IMG/VR virus record: IMGVR_UViG_3300050821_004356
Span: 1 to 64,000 of that record
Strand: one strand, 5' to 3'
Source of the DNA: a virus
Length of the DNA: 64,000 nt
The position numbers and the translations under genes were made by a program. The notes under the pieces were generated by a model. The model saw nothing but the letters and a program-made list of their open reading frames with translations, ran no database searches and was not told the DNA's origin. This document shows, piece after piece, positions 37,353 to 47,462 of the stretch. Position 1 is the stretch's first letter. The number at the start of each line of letters is the position of its first letter.

Positions 37353-37872
37353 GGAAAATCTCACACCAGAGACATAAATTAGATAATTCGTAGAAATAAG
37401 TAGGCTGGCGGCATGTTGAACACGTAGTCGAAGGCGAGGTTGACGGGACGTAGGCTTTCTCAAACGGAGGCATCGGCAGCAGGTCTTCAGCGCCAATGTA
37501 ATCGAAATCTTGTCCAGGCTTTGGCGGAATACTAACTGCGATATAAGTCTGATCATGTACTTCTTTCTTCTTTCGCTTTTTCTTCTCTTTGTCTTGTTCT
37601 TCTTTGATCGGGGCGAACTTGGCTCGGACCTCTGCGTTTATACGCTCTGTTTCAGTCAAACGCAAATACGCTTGGTACGCATCTTCAGCAATCGTCAAAC
37701 CGGACGCTGGCTTGTTCTCGCGAAGCTTGTTCAAAACCGTTAGCTTGCTAGTGTACCAAATTCTGTTCAAGCCTTCGTAACGGAACCCGGCGGCTTTGAC
37801 CGCGTTGTAGTCCCCGTTAAAATCCGTTGTGAACTCTGCCTCAAAACTCCCGGCGTTGTAGCGGATATTCAC
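37336..37872 (-). CDS. Hypothetical protein with VKAAGFRY...W motif and C-terminal Zn ribbon
   Basis: Motif seen; CSTC...CLWC. Confidence 0.55.
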   Translation of the reverse strand: MNIRYNAGSFEAEFTTDFNGDYNAVKAAGFRYEGLNRIWYTSKLTVLNKLRENKPASGLTIAEDAYQAYLRLTETERINAEVRAKFAPIKEEQDKEKKKRKKKEVHDQTYIAVSIPPKPGQDFDYIGAEDLLPMPPFEKAYVPSTSPSTTCSTCRQPTYFYELSNLCLWCEIFLDKGT

Positions 37873-38135
37873 TACGTTTCTGTGTTTCTCGCCATATCAA
37901 TCAAGGCCAACTTATTCTCAAGACTGGCGTTCTCTTTACGCAGCTGATCCAATCCTTCGGACAAGACCGTCCACATCGCGCGAACCTGTTCTTTGTACTC
38001 GTTTTCATCCTTGGCGTCTTGCGTGGTTTCGTCCGACCAGTCCTCGTCTAGTTCTATTGGCTCGGCTTCACTGTCGATAAACCCTTCTACGAATCCTTGA
38101 GCGTACACAATTATCGAAATTTTATGCGAATCCAT
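37872..38135 (-). CDS. Hypothetical protein
   Basis: Coupled ORF. Confidence 0.55.
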   Translation of the reverse strand: MDSHKISIIVYAQGFVEGFIDSEAEPIELDEDWSDETTQDAKDENEYKEQVRAMWTVLSEGLDQLRKENASLENKLALIDMARNTET

Positions 38136-38481
38136 TTGATCCCTCGTCTAAACCCATATTTCTTCTCTTTTTCTTAATTTCATCTTGCTCTCTCTTCCAA
38201 ATTTCGTGATGGTTTCTAAAATAGTTTGAGTTGGCCAAGTTTAAGTTCATAAAGGTAATAGCCGAATACAAATCATGGCAGGTGGCGCAAACGTCCCCTA
38301 TGTTGGGAGCAGCGTACGTAGTGAGTCGAAGAGACGAAATTGGCCATTTACAGTACGGATTGGCGCATTTCTTAGTGAGCAGGCGAAATAGGCCGTCCAG
38401 CATTTGGACATTTTTAAGCACAATTTCGTTCGCGCCCTCTTCCCCGATCTTCCATTCCAACTTGCGGTTGGCGAAGGGCAT
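38122..38481 (-). CDS. Hypothetical Zn-binding protein
   Basis: CANPYC...CATC. Confidence 0.55.
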   Translation of the reverse strand: MPFANRKLEWKIGEEGANEIVLKNVQMLDGLFRLLTKKCANPYCKWPISSLRLTTYAAPNIGDVCATCHDLYSAITFMNLNLANSNYFRNHHEIWKREQDEIKKKRRNMGLDEGSNGFA

Positions 38482-39005
38482 TAGCTATTTATCCGGCGTA
38501 CCCAATCGACAAAATCTTCTTTCTCTTCTGGTTTGGCTACGGTAACATTGAACGCATGCGTCACAAACGACGTTTTATACGCTTGGAGTAAAGAGTTTTC
38601 TTCAGATTGGTTCACGGCGCTAAGGGTGTTAGGCCCAAAATTCCCATCGACTGTTACATCAGAAAATGTAGGGGCCAAAACCGCTTGAAGTATTCTAATG
38701 GCCGTACCCACTCCGAACAAAACGCCCAGATCGAACAATTTGTTCGCCACGATCTGAGACTCGATTTGCGAATAAAGAGTTTTCCAAAAATGTTCTTCGT
38801 AGTACGCTATAGCTTGATCGGGCGTTAAGTCCTTGATCACGACCCCGGGCAAGTCTACTGCAGTGATGCCGTATTTCGTGCCTATGAGTTCGCCTTGCCC
38901 GATAACTCCGCTAGACCAGTTCGCGTGGTCGTGGGGGCTGTCTTGATATCCGCCTTCGTGCTCGGGATCGATTGTAATGAGTACCGCCGTTCTAAAGTCA
39001 GCCAT
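38481..39005 (-). CDS. Glycosyl hydrolase family 108 endolysin with peptidoglycan-binding domain
   Basis: HEGGY, TKYGIT, LFDLGVLFG, LQ...VDG.FGPNTL, W..R. Confidence 0.9.
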   Translation of the reverse strand: MADFRTAVLITIDPEHEGGYQDSPHDHANWSSGVIGQGELIGTKYGITAVDLPGVVIKDLTPDQAIAYYEEHFWKTLYSQIESQIVANKLFDLGVLFGVGTAIRILQAVLAPTFSDVTVDGNFGPNTLSAVNQSEENSLLQAYKTSFVTHAFNVTVAKPEEKEDFVDWVRRINS

Positions 39006-39006
39006 T

Positions 39007-39642
39007 TTATTCTCCTAGTTCATACGTGCTAAGTTCCGCCACGCAAGTGAATTTTGTGCCTTGGAACTCAAAACTTTTGTCTACGTGATAGTGACCAAAG
39101 ACCCACTCTTCCGGAACGTGCGCGTCTAACATCACTTGCAGCGCCTCGGCTGTTCGAGACATTGTGCAATCGGCCTTTGCTGCGAAGTAATCACCGGACA
39201 AAGAGTGAAGCATAATCTTCGCGGCATTTGAAGGTGCTTCGTGAGAGACCACAAACCTGGGTTTAACCTGTTTGTAAAGGTCGATTGCCTCTTGAAGTTC
39301 CGTATAGCTGAGCTCTTCGTCGGCCCACCAGCTGACGCCCGGGGTGCGCCAGATACGGTCTATGGAGAACGCGCCAGCTAGAAAGAATAACTTGTCCTCT
39401 GGTAGGTATCCGTAATCGCCCGCGTAGCCTACCGTCGACCTGCACTTCGCCGGGTCATCGTGGTTACCACGAATCCACTTGTGATCACCATTCGTCTGAA
39501 TGTCTTTGTGGAGGCCTGGGGTGCCAGCGAATCCGATACCCATGTCACCAATTTGAAAAGTTCGCTGTCCTGCGTACTTCTGACGCAGCATCTTCTGATA
39601 CCGGTCGGTATGACCGTGAACATCCCCTATAACTGTTATCAT
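39007..39642 (-). CDS. Calcineurin-like metallophosphoesterase
   Basis: GDVHG, GD.G, RGNHD, SHEAP, FGHYH. Confidence 0.9.
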   Translation of the reverse strand: MITVIGDVHGHTDRYQKMLRQKYAGQRTFQIGDMGIGFAGTPGLHKDIQTNGDHKWIRGNHDDPAKCRSTVGYAGDYGYLPEDKLFFLAGAFSIDRIWRTPGVSWWADEELSYTELQEAIDLYKQVKPRFVVSHEAPSNAAKIMLHSLSGDYFAAKADCTMSRTAEALQVMLDAHVPEEWVFGHYHVDKSFEFQGTKFTCVAELSTYELGE

Positions 39643-40229
39643 TGGTTTTCCTCTATTGGGCCGCGCGCTTGATATTTATCGGGATTCGCAATAAACTTGT
39701 CGAATTCTACTGGCATAAGATTCGTGTACTCGCAAGAAAACAGACGTTGCCAGGGATTCTTGAGTCGTCTCATAAAATCAGCGCCTAGCAGTTTCTTATC
39801 GCGTTCGATGCGTTCGGGGCTAGAGAATCCGTGCCAGATGTTATGCAAATGCCCGTGGATGTTCAATTCGCATCCGTCTGCAAGCGATGTGCTCGGCTCG
39901 TGAGTCAGCCACATGCTACGGAATTTCAAGCCATCGCACGCGAAGTCAAAACCGTGCTCCATCCACCACGAGCAGCTATGTTGGCGATCATGATTGCCGC
40001 GTATCAGTATCTTACGACCCGGCCACGCTCGTATCATCCACTCCCAGTCCGCATACTTCCCTATGCCCACGTCACCTAGATGTATCAACGTGTCTTCTGC
40101 CTTCAACGTGTTCATCATGTTTCGATGTATGATCTCAGAAAAGTTTGGCGGCCGCTGGCAATACGTTTGCATCGCGGTGTGCTTTAAGTGACTATCCGAA
40201 AACAAGTAAAAGCTCATAATTTTATCCAA
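39639..40229 (-). CDS. Calcineurin-like metallophosphoesterase
   Basis: SDSH, HLGD, RGNHD, THEP, HGHLH. Confidence 0.9.
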   Translation of the reverse strand: MDKIMSFYLFSDSHLKHTAMQTYCQRPPNFSEIIHRNMMNTLKAEDTLIHLGDVGIGKYADWEWMIRAWPGRKILIRGNHDRQHSCSWWMEHGFDFACDGLKFRSMWLTHEPSTSLADGCELNIHGHLHNIWHGFSSPERIERDKKLLGADFMRRLKNPWQRLFSCEYTNLMPVEFDKFIANPDKYQARGPIEENQ

Positions 40230-40338
40230 GTCACGTTATGCTTAGGCTTGTGTGGGAAAAACACGTTTAACGTGTAAACCACCGCTTCGGCCACAGTCAA
40301 AAACAAAATCGTTGATAAAAGAATACTAGCCGCCAATC

Positions 40339-40620
40339 TCACAGTTCCGCCCCCTCAGGCCAGCGACTTTTAAACGCTTGTTTTTCGTCTATACAACCTG
40401 GGCACCGATCAAAGGCCACGTCTATGGCCACGTTTAAATCATCCTGGGAAGACAGTATATGTGCGTTTACCGGGATTGTTTTTAAATGTTTCGCGCACTT
40501 TACAAAATACTCATTACCGACGGGGTTAAAAGAAGACGCTGGAACTACCCACAAGGTGCCTCTGCGGTCCACCCAATTCGAAAAAGACGAGTCGTGCCTG
40601 AGATTATAATAAGCCATCAC
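40339..40620 (-). CDS. Hypothetical protein
   Basis: Coupled ORF; C..H...CPGC. Confidence 0.5.
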   Translation of the reverse strand: MMAYYNLRHDSSFSNWVDRRGTLWVVPASSFNPVGNEYFVKCAKHLKTIPVNAHILSSQDDLNVAIDVAFDRCPGCIDEKQAFKSRWPEGAEL

Positions 40621-40961
40621 CTTTTCCTCAAATATTTACATATGCGTTCCGTTATATAGCCAATATGGTATGCTGGTGTTTCCCCTTTCAGTTTAATACC
40701 GACAAGTTTCATCATACTTTCAACAACGTGGAACGCCTCGTGGGCCGCTGTTCCAATAGACGCATCGGGGTTTAAGAACACGAAACAAACTTTTCCACCC
40801 GCATATATCGTAATCGCATCCGCTTCGCTGTCGCTATCATCAGCCAAATCTGCGATGTCTGAATACTTCTTGATAGATTTTTCTATATCGTCCGTTATTT
40901 CTACGTGGACGGTGAAATCAGAGAATACTGGAAATTTTATGAGCTCGATTCTATTTTTCAC
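40617..40961 (-). CDS. Small zincin-like (HExxH) protein
   Basis: AAHEAFH...E..AY. Confidence 0.7.
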   Translation of the reverse strand: MKNRIELIKFPVFSDFTVHVEITDDIEKSIKKYSDIADLADDSDSEADAITIYAGGKVCFVFLNPDASIGTAAHEAFHVVESMMKLVGIKLKGETPAYHIGYITERICKYLRKR

Positions 40962-41632
40962 CTTGCACTCCCTGTATACTGGTCGTATTGAATATTCACG
41001 ATCTTCTGATAGTATTCGTACATCATTTCAGGCACGTACTTCTTTTGCAAAGCACTAGATAGATGCAACGTGACTGTATCCTTATCCATCGCCGCGCCGG
41101 GATGCCATCGGTATCCTTGATGGAACACAGGTCTGATGCCCGCTTCCTTCAAAGCGTGGGCAACGAAGACGTCCTCGGCAGCTGTTTTGATACTACCAGC
41201 TTCCGCAATGATTGTCAAGGCCTTTTTAGATAGCCAATAACCGGCCCCACCTGAGCAAAATTCGATTCGTTCAGGCTCAAATCCCGAGACGTTGACGTCT
41301 GCGTTTTCGCCTCCAAAATAGTCGTGACGCTGAAATCCACTGAAAAGGAACCTGTATGGATTCACCAATGTATCTACGTCGCATTTAAAAACACAATCAT
41401 AATCGTGTGCTAAGGCCCAACGGCAGATTGATTGGGTTTTTACGGATAAATCACCGTATCCGTCATCGACGGTAAGTTGAACCTCGTCTTCTTCTAGTGA
41501 CTGAGCTAGCGGCCAGCCAATGAAAAATTTGTGTTCTACGATAAATAAATCCTTCAACCACGTTTCATGTTGGGCTTGATGTTTATCTCGGTCGCGGTGA
41601 CAGGACTCAATGGCAATTAAGAGACGCGTCAT
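40958..41632 (-). CDS. GT31/Fringe-like glycosyltransferase (paralogue 1)
   Basis: LIAIESC...TW, FKCDVDT, DY.G, SGGAGYWLS, AED. Confidence 0.8.
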   Translation of the reverse strand: MTRLLIAIESCHRDRDKHQAQHETWLKDLFIVEHKFFIGWPLAQSLEEDEVQLTVDDGYGDLSVKTQSICRWALAHDYDCVFKCDVDTLVNPYRFLFSGFQRHDYFGGENADVNVSGFEPERIEFCSGGAGYWLSKKALTIIAEAGSIKTAAEDVFVAHALKEAGIRPVFHQGYRWHPGAAMDKDTVTLHLSSALQKKYVPEMMYEYYQKIVNIQYDQYTGSAR

Positions 41633-42414
41633 CTGGTTTCTACCTCGGGGAGACGGTCAACTTTGTACTCCACAATCGGTTTTTTAAACTGCATCTGCGC
41701 GTCTTGGTGAGAAGCTATGTGAGCCTCTTGCATATACTCCAAAGTCGAGGCCGGATGCCTTATAGCTTTAAAAAACTCAGGACAAATGGTGTCTCGATGT
41801 ACTTTCGGATACCTAGGTAGATTAAGGTCCGATGTATTGCTAGTGTGGCGTCGAACAACCAACATGCGGCCTGGATCAGCTATCGCCAACTGGTCCGCTA
41901 ATCGCGCCCTTCGAGAAAAAACGCTATCTTCTCCGAAAGAAACATCTGGATAAGGGTGTTCCCGCCACCACGTTTTATCGTAGCACTGACTAGACCCAGA
42001 CGCAAAATACGGTGGACCGCCTGCGTTACGATAAAATAAACCAGTAGCCTCGTCGTAAATTATACTAGTATTGTAGCCTGTCACTGCTTTACCGGATTTT
42101 AATAGCCGCTGCACTTGGTCTTGAAGGCGGAACGGGGAGCTCCAATCGTCATCGTCTAGATTCGCGATGATTTCGCCGCGCGCTAGTTCTGCACCTAAGT
42201 TGCGCTTTGCGCCTGTTGGCATTCGTCTATCGAGATAAACCCACCGTATTCGATTATCATCTGGATATACCGAAGGCCGTCCGAAGCTACTATCGTCAAC
42301 AATTATAAGTTCAACGTTTGGGTATGTTTGCTGCATAAAGCAACGGATTGCCGTTGGCACATACTGGGCGCGGTTATATGTCGGCATCACTAAGCTAACT
42401 AGCGGGTGGGACAT
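41629..42414 (-). CDS. GT2 glycosyltransferase
   Basis: PLVSLVMPTYNR, IIVDD, GAKRN.G, LDDDD, GED. Confidence 0.9.
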   Translation of the reverse strand: MSHPLVSLVMPTYNRAQYVPTAIRCFMQQTYPNVELIIVDDSSFGRPSVYPDDNRIRWVYLDRRMPTGAKRNLGAELARGEIIANLDDDDWSSPFRLQDQVQRLLKSGKAVTGYNTSIIYDEATGLFYRNAGGPPYFASGSSQCYDKTWWREHPYPDVSFGEDSVFSRRARLADQLAIADPGRMLVVRRHTSNTSDLNLPRYPKVHRDTICPEFFKAIRHPASTLEYMQEAHIASHQDAQMQFKKPIVEYKVDRLPEVETR

Positions 42415-43264
42415 TCGGAGCTCCTGAATGAGTAGTCGAAATCTTGGGCGTCCATGATTCGATAATTGCTTTTGCTACGTTTCCAGTCCTATCAATATAG
42501 CTTAACGCTTTTTGATAGTTTTCTTCAATCACTGCCTGCTTCTGGGCATACAGTTCCGGCGTTAAGCCATGTATTATTTCTACTAACTCTTTCATGCTAT
42601 CGAAGTGTAGTATACCGTCCTTATTGAAAAACTCCCCAATATTAGGACAGCCCCAGTAGATTGGTAGAGTCTTAGTTGCAAAGGCATCGAGCAGCTTTTC
42701 GGAAAAATAGTTGTTATGTTGCGCGTTCTCCATAGTGATAGTGTATTGAAAAGGCACTAATAAGCTGTGCTTGGTCGCGAGATAAGGTGGTGATTTATAC
42801 TTTGTGACTGGCAAAGGCACAGTCCACTTTTTATTTTGATGGCATGGAATCGTTGCGGGTAAATAATTATATACATCTAGTCGATAGTTGTGCCCGTAAC
42901 ATGAATTTTTAGAACTTGTTATAAAAGACACTTCGAATTTCTTTTGCGACGTGTCGGGCTCCTTGGCCCACACGCTCGCCATCGGGAACAACTTGGCATT
43001 CGCGCATCGGCTCAAGACTTCTTGATCCCACGTCAAAATGAGGTCGTAGAATTCGTGATTTCTAATAAGCTTTTCTTGGTTATCAACAATTTCCCTCGGC
43101 TCTGTGCCCCAAAAAACACGGTAAGGCTGTTTATCTTCAAAATTGAAGCAGTCCACAGAAACGCTGACACCCCAATTAAATTCAGGCAGGTTCAATTCAA
43201 AATTACCATATGTGACGGCCTTGTACATTTTTTGTTCCCTCATCCAATCTGCTCGTTCGCTCAT
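42395..43264 (-). CDS. GT10 (alpha-1,3/4-fucosyltransferase-like)
   Basis: F..T.EN....YFSEKL.DAF...TLPIYWG alpha-1,3 motif. Confidence 0.8.
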   Translation of the reverse strand: MSERADWMREQKMYKAVTYGNFELNLPEFNWGVSVSVDCFNFEDKQPYRVFWGTEPREIVDNQEKLIRNHEFYDLILTWDQEVLSRCANAKLFPMASVWAKEPDTSQKKFEVSFITSSKNSCYGHNYRLDVYNYLPATIPCHQNKKWTVPLPVTKYKSPPYLATKHSLLVPFQYTITMENAQHNNYFSEKLLDAFATKTLPIYWGCPNIGEFFNKDGILHFDSMKELVEIIHGLTPELYAQKQAVIEENYQKALSYIDRTGNVAKAIIESWTPKISTTHSGAPNVPPAS

Positions 43265-43926
43265 CTATTTTTCTCGTACATGTTCTGCATCCACTTAGAT
43301 GCTGGGTTATAAGTCTCGAAATTACCAGGCTCGCTGTGGTAATGCCAAGAAATTTCTCTTTGAAATCCAAGAATCTTCCCAGCCGCAATCCCACGTTTAA
43401 TACGCGGCCCTAACGACTGCCCGACATACATATCCTCAGTCCAACGACCGGGATCGGTGGCCACAACTATCTCAGCTGCCTTGCGAGATACAAAATATCC
43501 ATAACCACCGGATGCCCAAGGATAGAAGTTAGGGACCGCTTCTCCATACCAGTCAAGAGTAAAAGTTGTGCCAAGCATGACGTTGCCCGTTTCGAACAGT
43601 CCAAAGTAATCGTAGTTCTCGAAGTGACACTTCATCAAACGTTCGGGGATCAAAAAAGTGTCATTGTCCGCTAAAAATGTATAATCGTATCCTTGTTGTA
43701 TAGACCACCGCAAAATCGCATGAGTCTTATGCTGTAAATGCTCATAATCGTCTCGCGTAGGGATTTGAACTGTACCTTCTACGGCGTTGTTCAGTGCGCG
43801 GTCGTACCCAACGAAGAAAAGCAAATCAGCCCCGACAACGTCCTTACCCCATGTTTCTAAAATAGCTTGGTGCGCGCCTCGATCCGAATCCCAGACACAC
43901 GATTTAATAGCGATTAAAGTTCTCAT
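43261..43926 (-). CDS. GT31/Fringe-like glycosyltransferase (paralogue 2)
   Basis: LIAIKSC...TWGKD, DDYEHL..K, FLADNDT, ASGGYGYFVS, TED. Confidence 0.8.
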   Translation of the reverse strand: MRTLIAIKSCVWDSDRGAHQAILETWGKDVVGADLLFFVGYDRALNNAVEGTVQIPTRDDYEHLQHKTHAILRWSIQQGYDYTFLADNDTFLIPERLMKCHFENYDYFGLFETGNVMLGTTFTLDWYGEAVPNFYPWASGGYGYFVSRKAAEIVVATDPGRWTEDMYVGQSLGPRIKRGIAAGKILGFQREISWHYHSEPGNFETYNPASKWMQNMYEKNR

Positions 43927-44669
43927 TTAAACTTACCATGTTTCTCGTACATCTCGTACTGCCAACCGCAACCGGGAAAATATGATTCGCTGTTGTGAAC
44001 ATCCCGGTAATGAAAGGATGCGTTGTTCCACAAATCATCGAGATTGGTGGCCCATATCTCTCCCGATTCAATCGCAGGACCTAAGGCCTGACCGGTAAAA
44101 GGCCCAATGTCCCAATGGCTAGGCGTTGCGTTCAAAACTATCTCAGCCGCTTTGCGACTTAAGAAATAGCCTACGCCGGGATTTGGATACGGATAGACCC
44201 TCCAATCGGACGTTGGGTTACGCGTTGGGCTGTGCGGCCACATCTGGTACGTGGTTCTTGTGCCAATTGGCGTGTCGAGCGGGAAGAAGCATCCAGAGAT
44301 GTCATACCTGGCGAAGTCTAGCGCCATTAATTTGCTAGGCACCATAAAGGTGTCGTTCTCACATTCGAACGTGAAATCATATCCTTGTTGAAGCGACCAA
44401 CGAAGATTTTCCTTTATATTTTTTTGCCAATAGTCTATGCAGCATCCTTCAACACACTGCCACCAAGGGTGCTCGCATGTCTTCGGCTGCTCCCAATCGA
44501 TTAGCACCTCGTCAGGTTTCGGTTGATAATCGGGCGAACGACGGCCGACAAAGAATCGCAAGTCGGCACCAGCTGCCGCGACGTCTTTGCCCCAGGTGCT
44601 CCGAATAGCGTCATGATTACCGTTTTCGGCGTCTCCTTGACAACTACAGACTGCTATAAGAACTTTCAT
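43923..44669 (-). CDS. GT31/Fringe-like glycosyltransferase (paralogue 3, divergent motifs)
   Basis: VLIAVCSC...TWGKD, FECENDT, PGVGYFLS. Confidence 0.75.
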   Translation of the reverse strand: MKVLIAVCSCQGDAENGNHDAIRSTWGKDVAAAGADLRFFVGRRSPDYQPKPDEVLIDWEQPKTCEHPWWQCVEGCCIDYWQKNIKENLRWSLQQGYDFTFECENDTFMVPSKLMALDFARYDISGCFFPLDTPIGTRTTYQMWPHSPTRNPTSDWRVYPYPNPGVGYFLSRKAAEIVLNATPSHWDIGPFTGQALGPAIESGEIWATNLDDLWNNASFHYRDVHNSESYFPGCGWQYEMYEKHGKFK

Positions 44670-45862
44670 CTAGACGACCACAATAAATATCTGTCAATAA
44701 CACTAGCGACATATCTAATATCGTCTGCATCGAGTCCTTGGTGAATCCCTATCATAAAGCCATCGCGGGCCAAACGTTGGGAAATCGGATACTGTTCAAT
44801 TAGTCCTGGGAAAAGTTTCCTATACGCAGGACTTTCCAACAACGGAAACATATAACGGGTCTCCACGCCGCTTTTTTCTAAAAACATAAGCAACTTTTCT
44901 CTATCTACACCTGGCTTACAAGTCATTGGAAACATCATGTAAGCGTGCGTAAAGCCCTCGGGAGTATATGGAAGCCGTAGGTATTGCTGCTGGGGCGATA
45001 GCAAACTTATCAACAAATTAGCGTTGAGTTGTCGTCTCATTTCATTTTGTTCGAACCGCTCTAGTTCTGACAGGGCTATAGCCGCTTCAAGTTCTGTGGC
45101 TCTGTAGGAGTAACCTATTCGATCAAACTTGAATCTGCGCTCGATGATATTTTGAAGTGCGGAGCCCGACAAGCCGTCATCGGCGTCGATGTTTGTATAG
45201 ACAGAATCCCGGCCGTGAGCCATCAGTGACCGACACAACTCAGCTATCTTATCGTCGTTGGTCGTAACCAGGCCACCAACCCCTCCGACTACGTGGTGAT
45301 TGACGTACGTACTGAAACACGCCGCGTCCCCGAAGCTGCCTACTAATCGACCTCTGATGCTAGAACCTACAGCTTCACAAGAGTCCTCGATAACCTGAAG
45401 CTTGTGGTTTTTAGCGATCTCCATAATATAATCCATATCAGCTGGTAAACCGAACAGGTGTACCGGGATGATGCAACGCGTTCGCGACGTCAGCTTCGCG
45501 TATATCGCGGATGGCCTCATGTTATACGTGATTGGGTCCACGTCGACGAAGACGGGCACTAGGTTATTCTGGATGACGATGTTACTTGTGGCGATGAACG
45601 TTGTTGCCGGTACAAGCACCTCGTCGCCGTCTTGGTATCCATGTGTTTCCTTCAGCGCAGCCAAGGCGACTTGAAGCGCCGAGGTTCCGCTATTCATGAA
45701 GATGCCATGCTTGCAGCCGTGCATCAACGAGAACTGGCTTTCGAATTTTTGCGTGAAGAAGCCGTATGACAACCGATTGTTGTCCAATGCGGCGTTTACA
45801 TATTCTTTACCTTTGTCGCTAATGTTTAAAGTACCTAATGTTATCTTACGCTGTTGTACCAT
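44666..45862 (-). CDS. colD: PLP-dependent DegT-family enzyme of the ColD type (GDP-4-keto-6-deoxymannose 3-dehydratase)
   Basis: NSGTSAL, PVHLFG, IEDSCEA; the active-site position reads FSTYVNHH (His rather than Lys); no Fe-S Cys cluster after HGRD. Confidence 0.65.
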   Translation of the reverse strand: MVQQRKITLGTLNISDKGKEYVNAALDNNRLSYGFFTQKFESQFSLMHGCKHGIFMNSGTSALQVALAALKETHGYQDGDEVLVPATTFIATSNIVIQNNLVPVFVDVDPITYNMRPSAIYAKLTSRTRCIIPVHLFGLPADMDYIMEIAKNHKLQVIEDSCEAVGSSIRGRLVGSFGDAACFSTYVNHHVVGGVGGLVTTNDDKIAELCRSLMAHGRDSVYTNIDADDGLSGSALQNIIERRFKFDRIGYSYRATELEAAIALSELERFEQNEMRRQLNANLLISLLSPQQQYLRLPYTPEGFTHAYMMFPMTCKPGVDREKLLMFLEKSGVETRYMFPLLESPAYRKLFPGLIEQYPISQRLARDGFMIGIHQGLDADDIRYVASVIDRYLLWSSR

Positions 45863-46758
45863 TCTATTGTCCTTGACAGCCCTGCTTCCAGCAAGGTGTT
45901 TGCTTCAAATCCAAATTCTTTAGCTCGACTAATATCGAGAACACGGCGAGGCTGGCCATCTGGCTTGGATGTATCCCAAAATATACCGCCTCTAAATCCT
46001 GAGAGCACCGTTATTTTCTGCGCTGTATCAAATATGCTGACTTCTCGACCTGAGCCCAAGTTAACAGGTTCCGCTTTATTGTACCGCTCCATTGCTAGTA
46101 TGATAGCATCGGCCGCGTCCTCGACGTATAGAAAATCACGAGTAGCTTTCCCGGTTCCCCACAATACGATATGCTCTTTGCCAGCGTTTACTGCGGTTGC
46201 TATTTTACCAATCATCGCAGGGATAAAGTGGGAGTCTTCTCCGAAATTGTCGCCTGGGCCGTACAGGTTCGTCGGTAACAAGTGAATGATATTCATGCCG
46301 TACTGCTGGCGGTAAGCCTGACCCATCGTAAGCAAGGCTCTCTTGGCTACGCCATATGCGGCGTTAGAGCCTTCTGGATATCCGTTCCACACATCTGACT
46401 CTACCAACGGGACCGCTGCGTCTCGGGGATACTCACAGGCACTGCCTATTTGGACAAACTTCCGAATCCCATAGGCTCGCGCACCCTCGATCAAATTCAT
46501 ACCTATCATCAAATTATCATGAAAGAACTTTCCTGGTAGTGCGATATTAGCACCGATGCCGCCAACTGCGGCCGCTAAGTTGATAACAATCTCAGGTTCC
46601 ATCCTTCGATACATTTGATCCGCTTCGTGAAAATATCTAAGGTCGTGGGTTTTTAGTTTCGGAACAAGAATATCGTAACCACCGTGTTCCCATAAACGTT
46701 GAACGACGTGCTTACCGAGAAAACCGTCGCCACCGGTGACCACAACTCTAGTGCTCAT
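45841..46758 (-). CDS. fcl: GDP-L-fucose synthase / ColC-type epimerase-reductase
   Basis: TGGDGFLG, LAAAVGGIGAN, GSACEYP, YGVAK, PTNLYGP.DNF, WGTG..TRDFLYVED, KPDGQPRR. Confidence 0.85.
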   Translation of the reverse strand: MSTRVVVTGGDGFLGKHVVQRLWEHGGYDILVPKLKTHDLRYFHEADQMYRRMEPEIVINLAAAVGGIGANIALPGKFFHDNLMIGMNLIEGARAYGIRKFVQIGSACEYPRDAAVPLVESDVWNGYPEGSNAAYGVAKRALLTMGQAYRQQYGMNIIHLLPTNLYGPGDNFGEDSHFIPAMIGKIATAVNAGKEHIVLWGTGKATRDFLYVEDAADAIILAMERYNKAEPVNLGSGREVSIFDTAQKITVLSGFRGGIFWDTSKPDGQPRRVLDISRAKEFGFEANTLLEAGLSRTIEWYNSVR

Positions 46759-47462
46759 AATCCACCCTCGTAGACGGAATGAAGTGAAATCATTTGTTGA
46801 GTATCATAAACGGCGGGACAGTTAGCAATATGCGATGTAATCACCCGGTTGCTTTTGCGAGGTGGGTCATCCCTGTCCAAATTTGTATACCGCTCATCGT
46901 GGCTAAGTTTGATTCCGTTTGCCTCCATCACATCACCTGTCCATTCATCGTAATTCCATTTGGTAACTGGCGCGTTGATTAAGAATTGCATCGCGCGCTT
47001 GCTTAACCAGAAACCGGGGCCACCACCCAAAGCTGTACGCTCGTCATTTGCGGTACCGAGATAATCGAACTTTTCGAATCCACTTTCCAATAGTCTTTCT
47101 GGTACAACGTATGTATCGGTAAGGCATTGGAAAATGTAATCGTATCCGTTTTCTAAAGCCCAGCGACAAGCTTCTCTAAGCTTAAAGCTTGCGTGCGAGT
47201 AACTATCCGGGATACGCAAAGCGACTTCATCCTCTCGAAGAACGTAAGTCCGAATGTCTGTGTCTTCGTATAGTCTTTTGTAATACAGCCAATCACTATT
47301 GTGCCAAGACTCTATCGCGTAGTTGTCTCCTATAACCGGCGTGCCGTCCCCCATAAAGAACTTATAGTTCTCAACATTTTTCAACCATGTATCGCGCATC
47401 ACTTGATTCTGACCGCCTACGGCGTGCTTGACACAGCTTAGAATAGCGATCAAGAATTGCAT
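46755..47462 (-). CDS. GT31/Fringe-like glycosyltransferase (paralogue 4)
   Basis: LIAILSC...[24 protein letters not shown]. Confidence 0.75.
   Translation of the reverse strand: MQFLIAILSCVKHAVGGQNQVMRDTWLKNVENYKFFMGDGTPVIGDNYAIESWHNSDWLYYKRLYEDTDIRTYVLREDEVALRIPDSYSHASFKLREACRWALENGYDYIFQCLTDTYVVPERLLESGFEKFDYLGTANDERTALGGGPGFWLSKRAMQFLINAPVTKWNYDEWTGDVMEANGIKLSHDERYTNLDRDDPPRKSNRVITSHIANCPAVYDTQQMISLHSVYEGGL

Noticed and set aside
44666-45862. Perosamine synthase or E1 (AscC) assignment
   Set aside because: The catalytic Lys is replaced by His (against an aminotransferase), and the Fe-S Cys cluster is absent (against E1).
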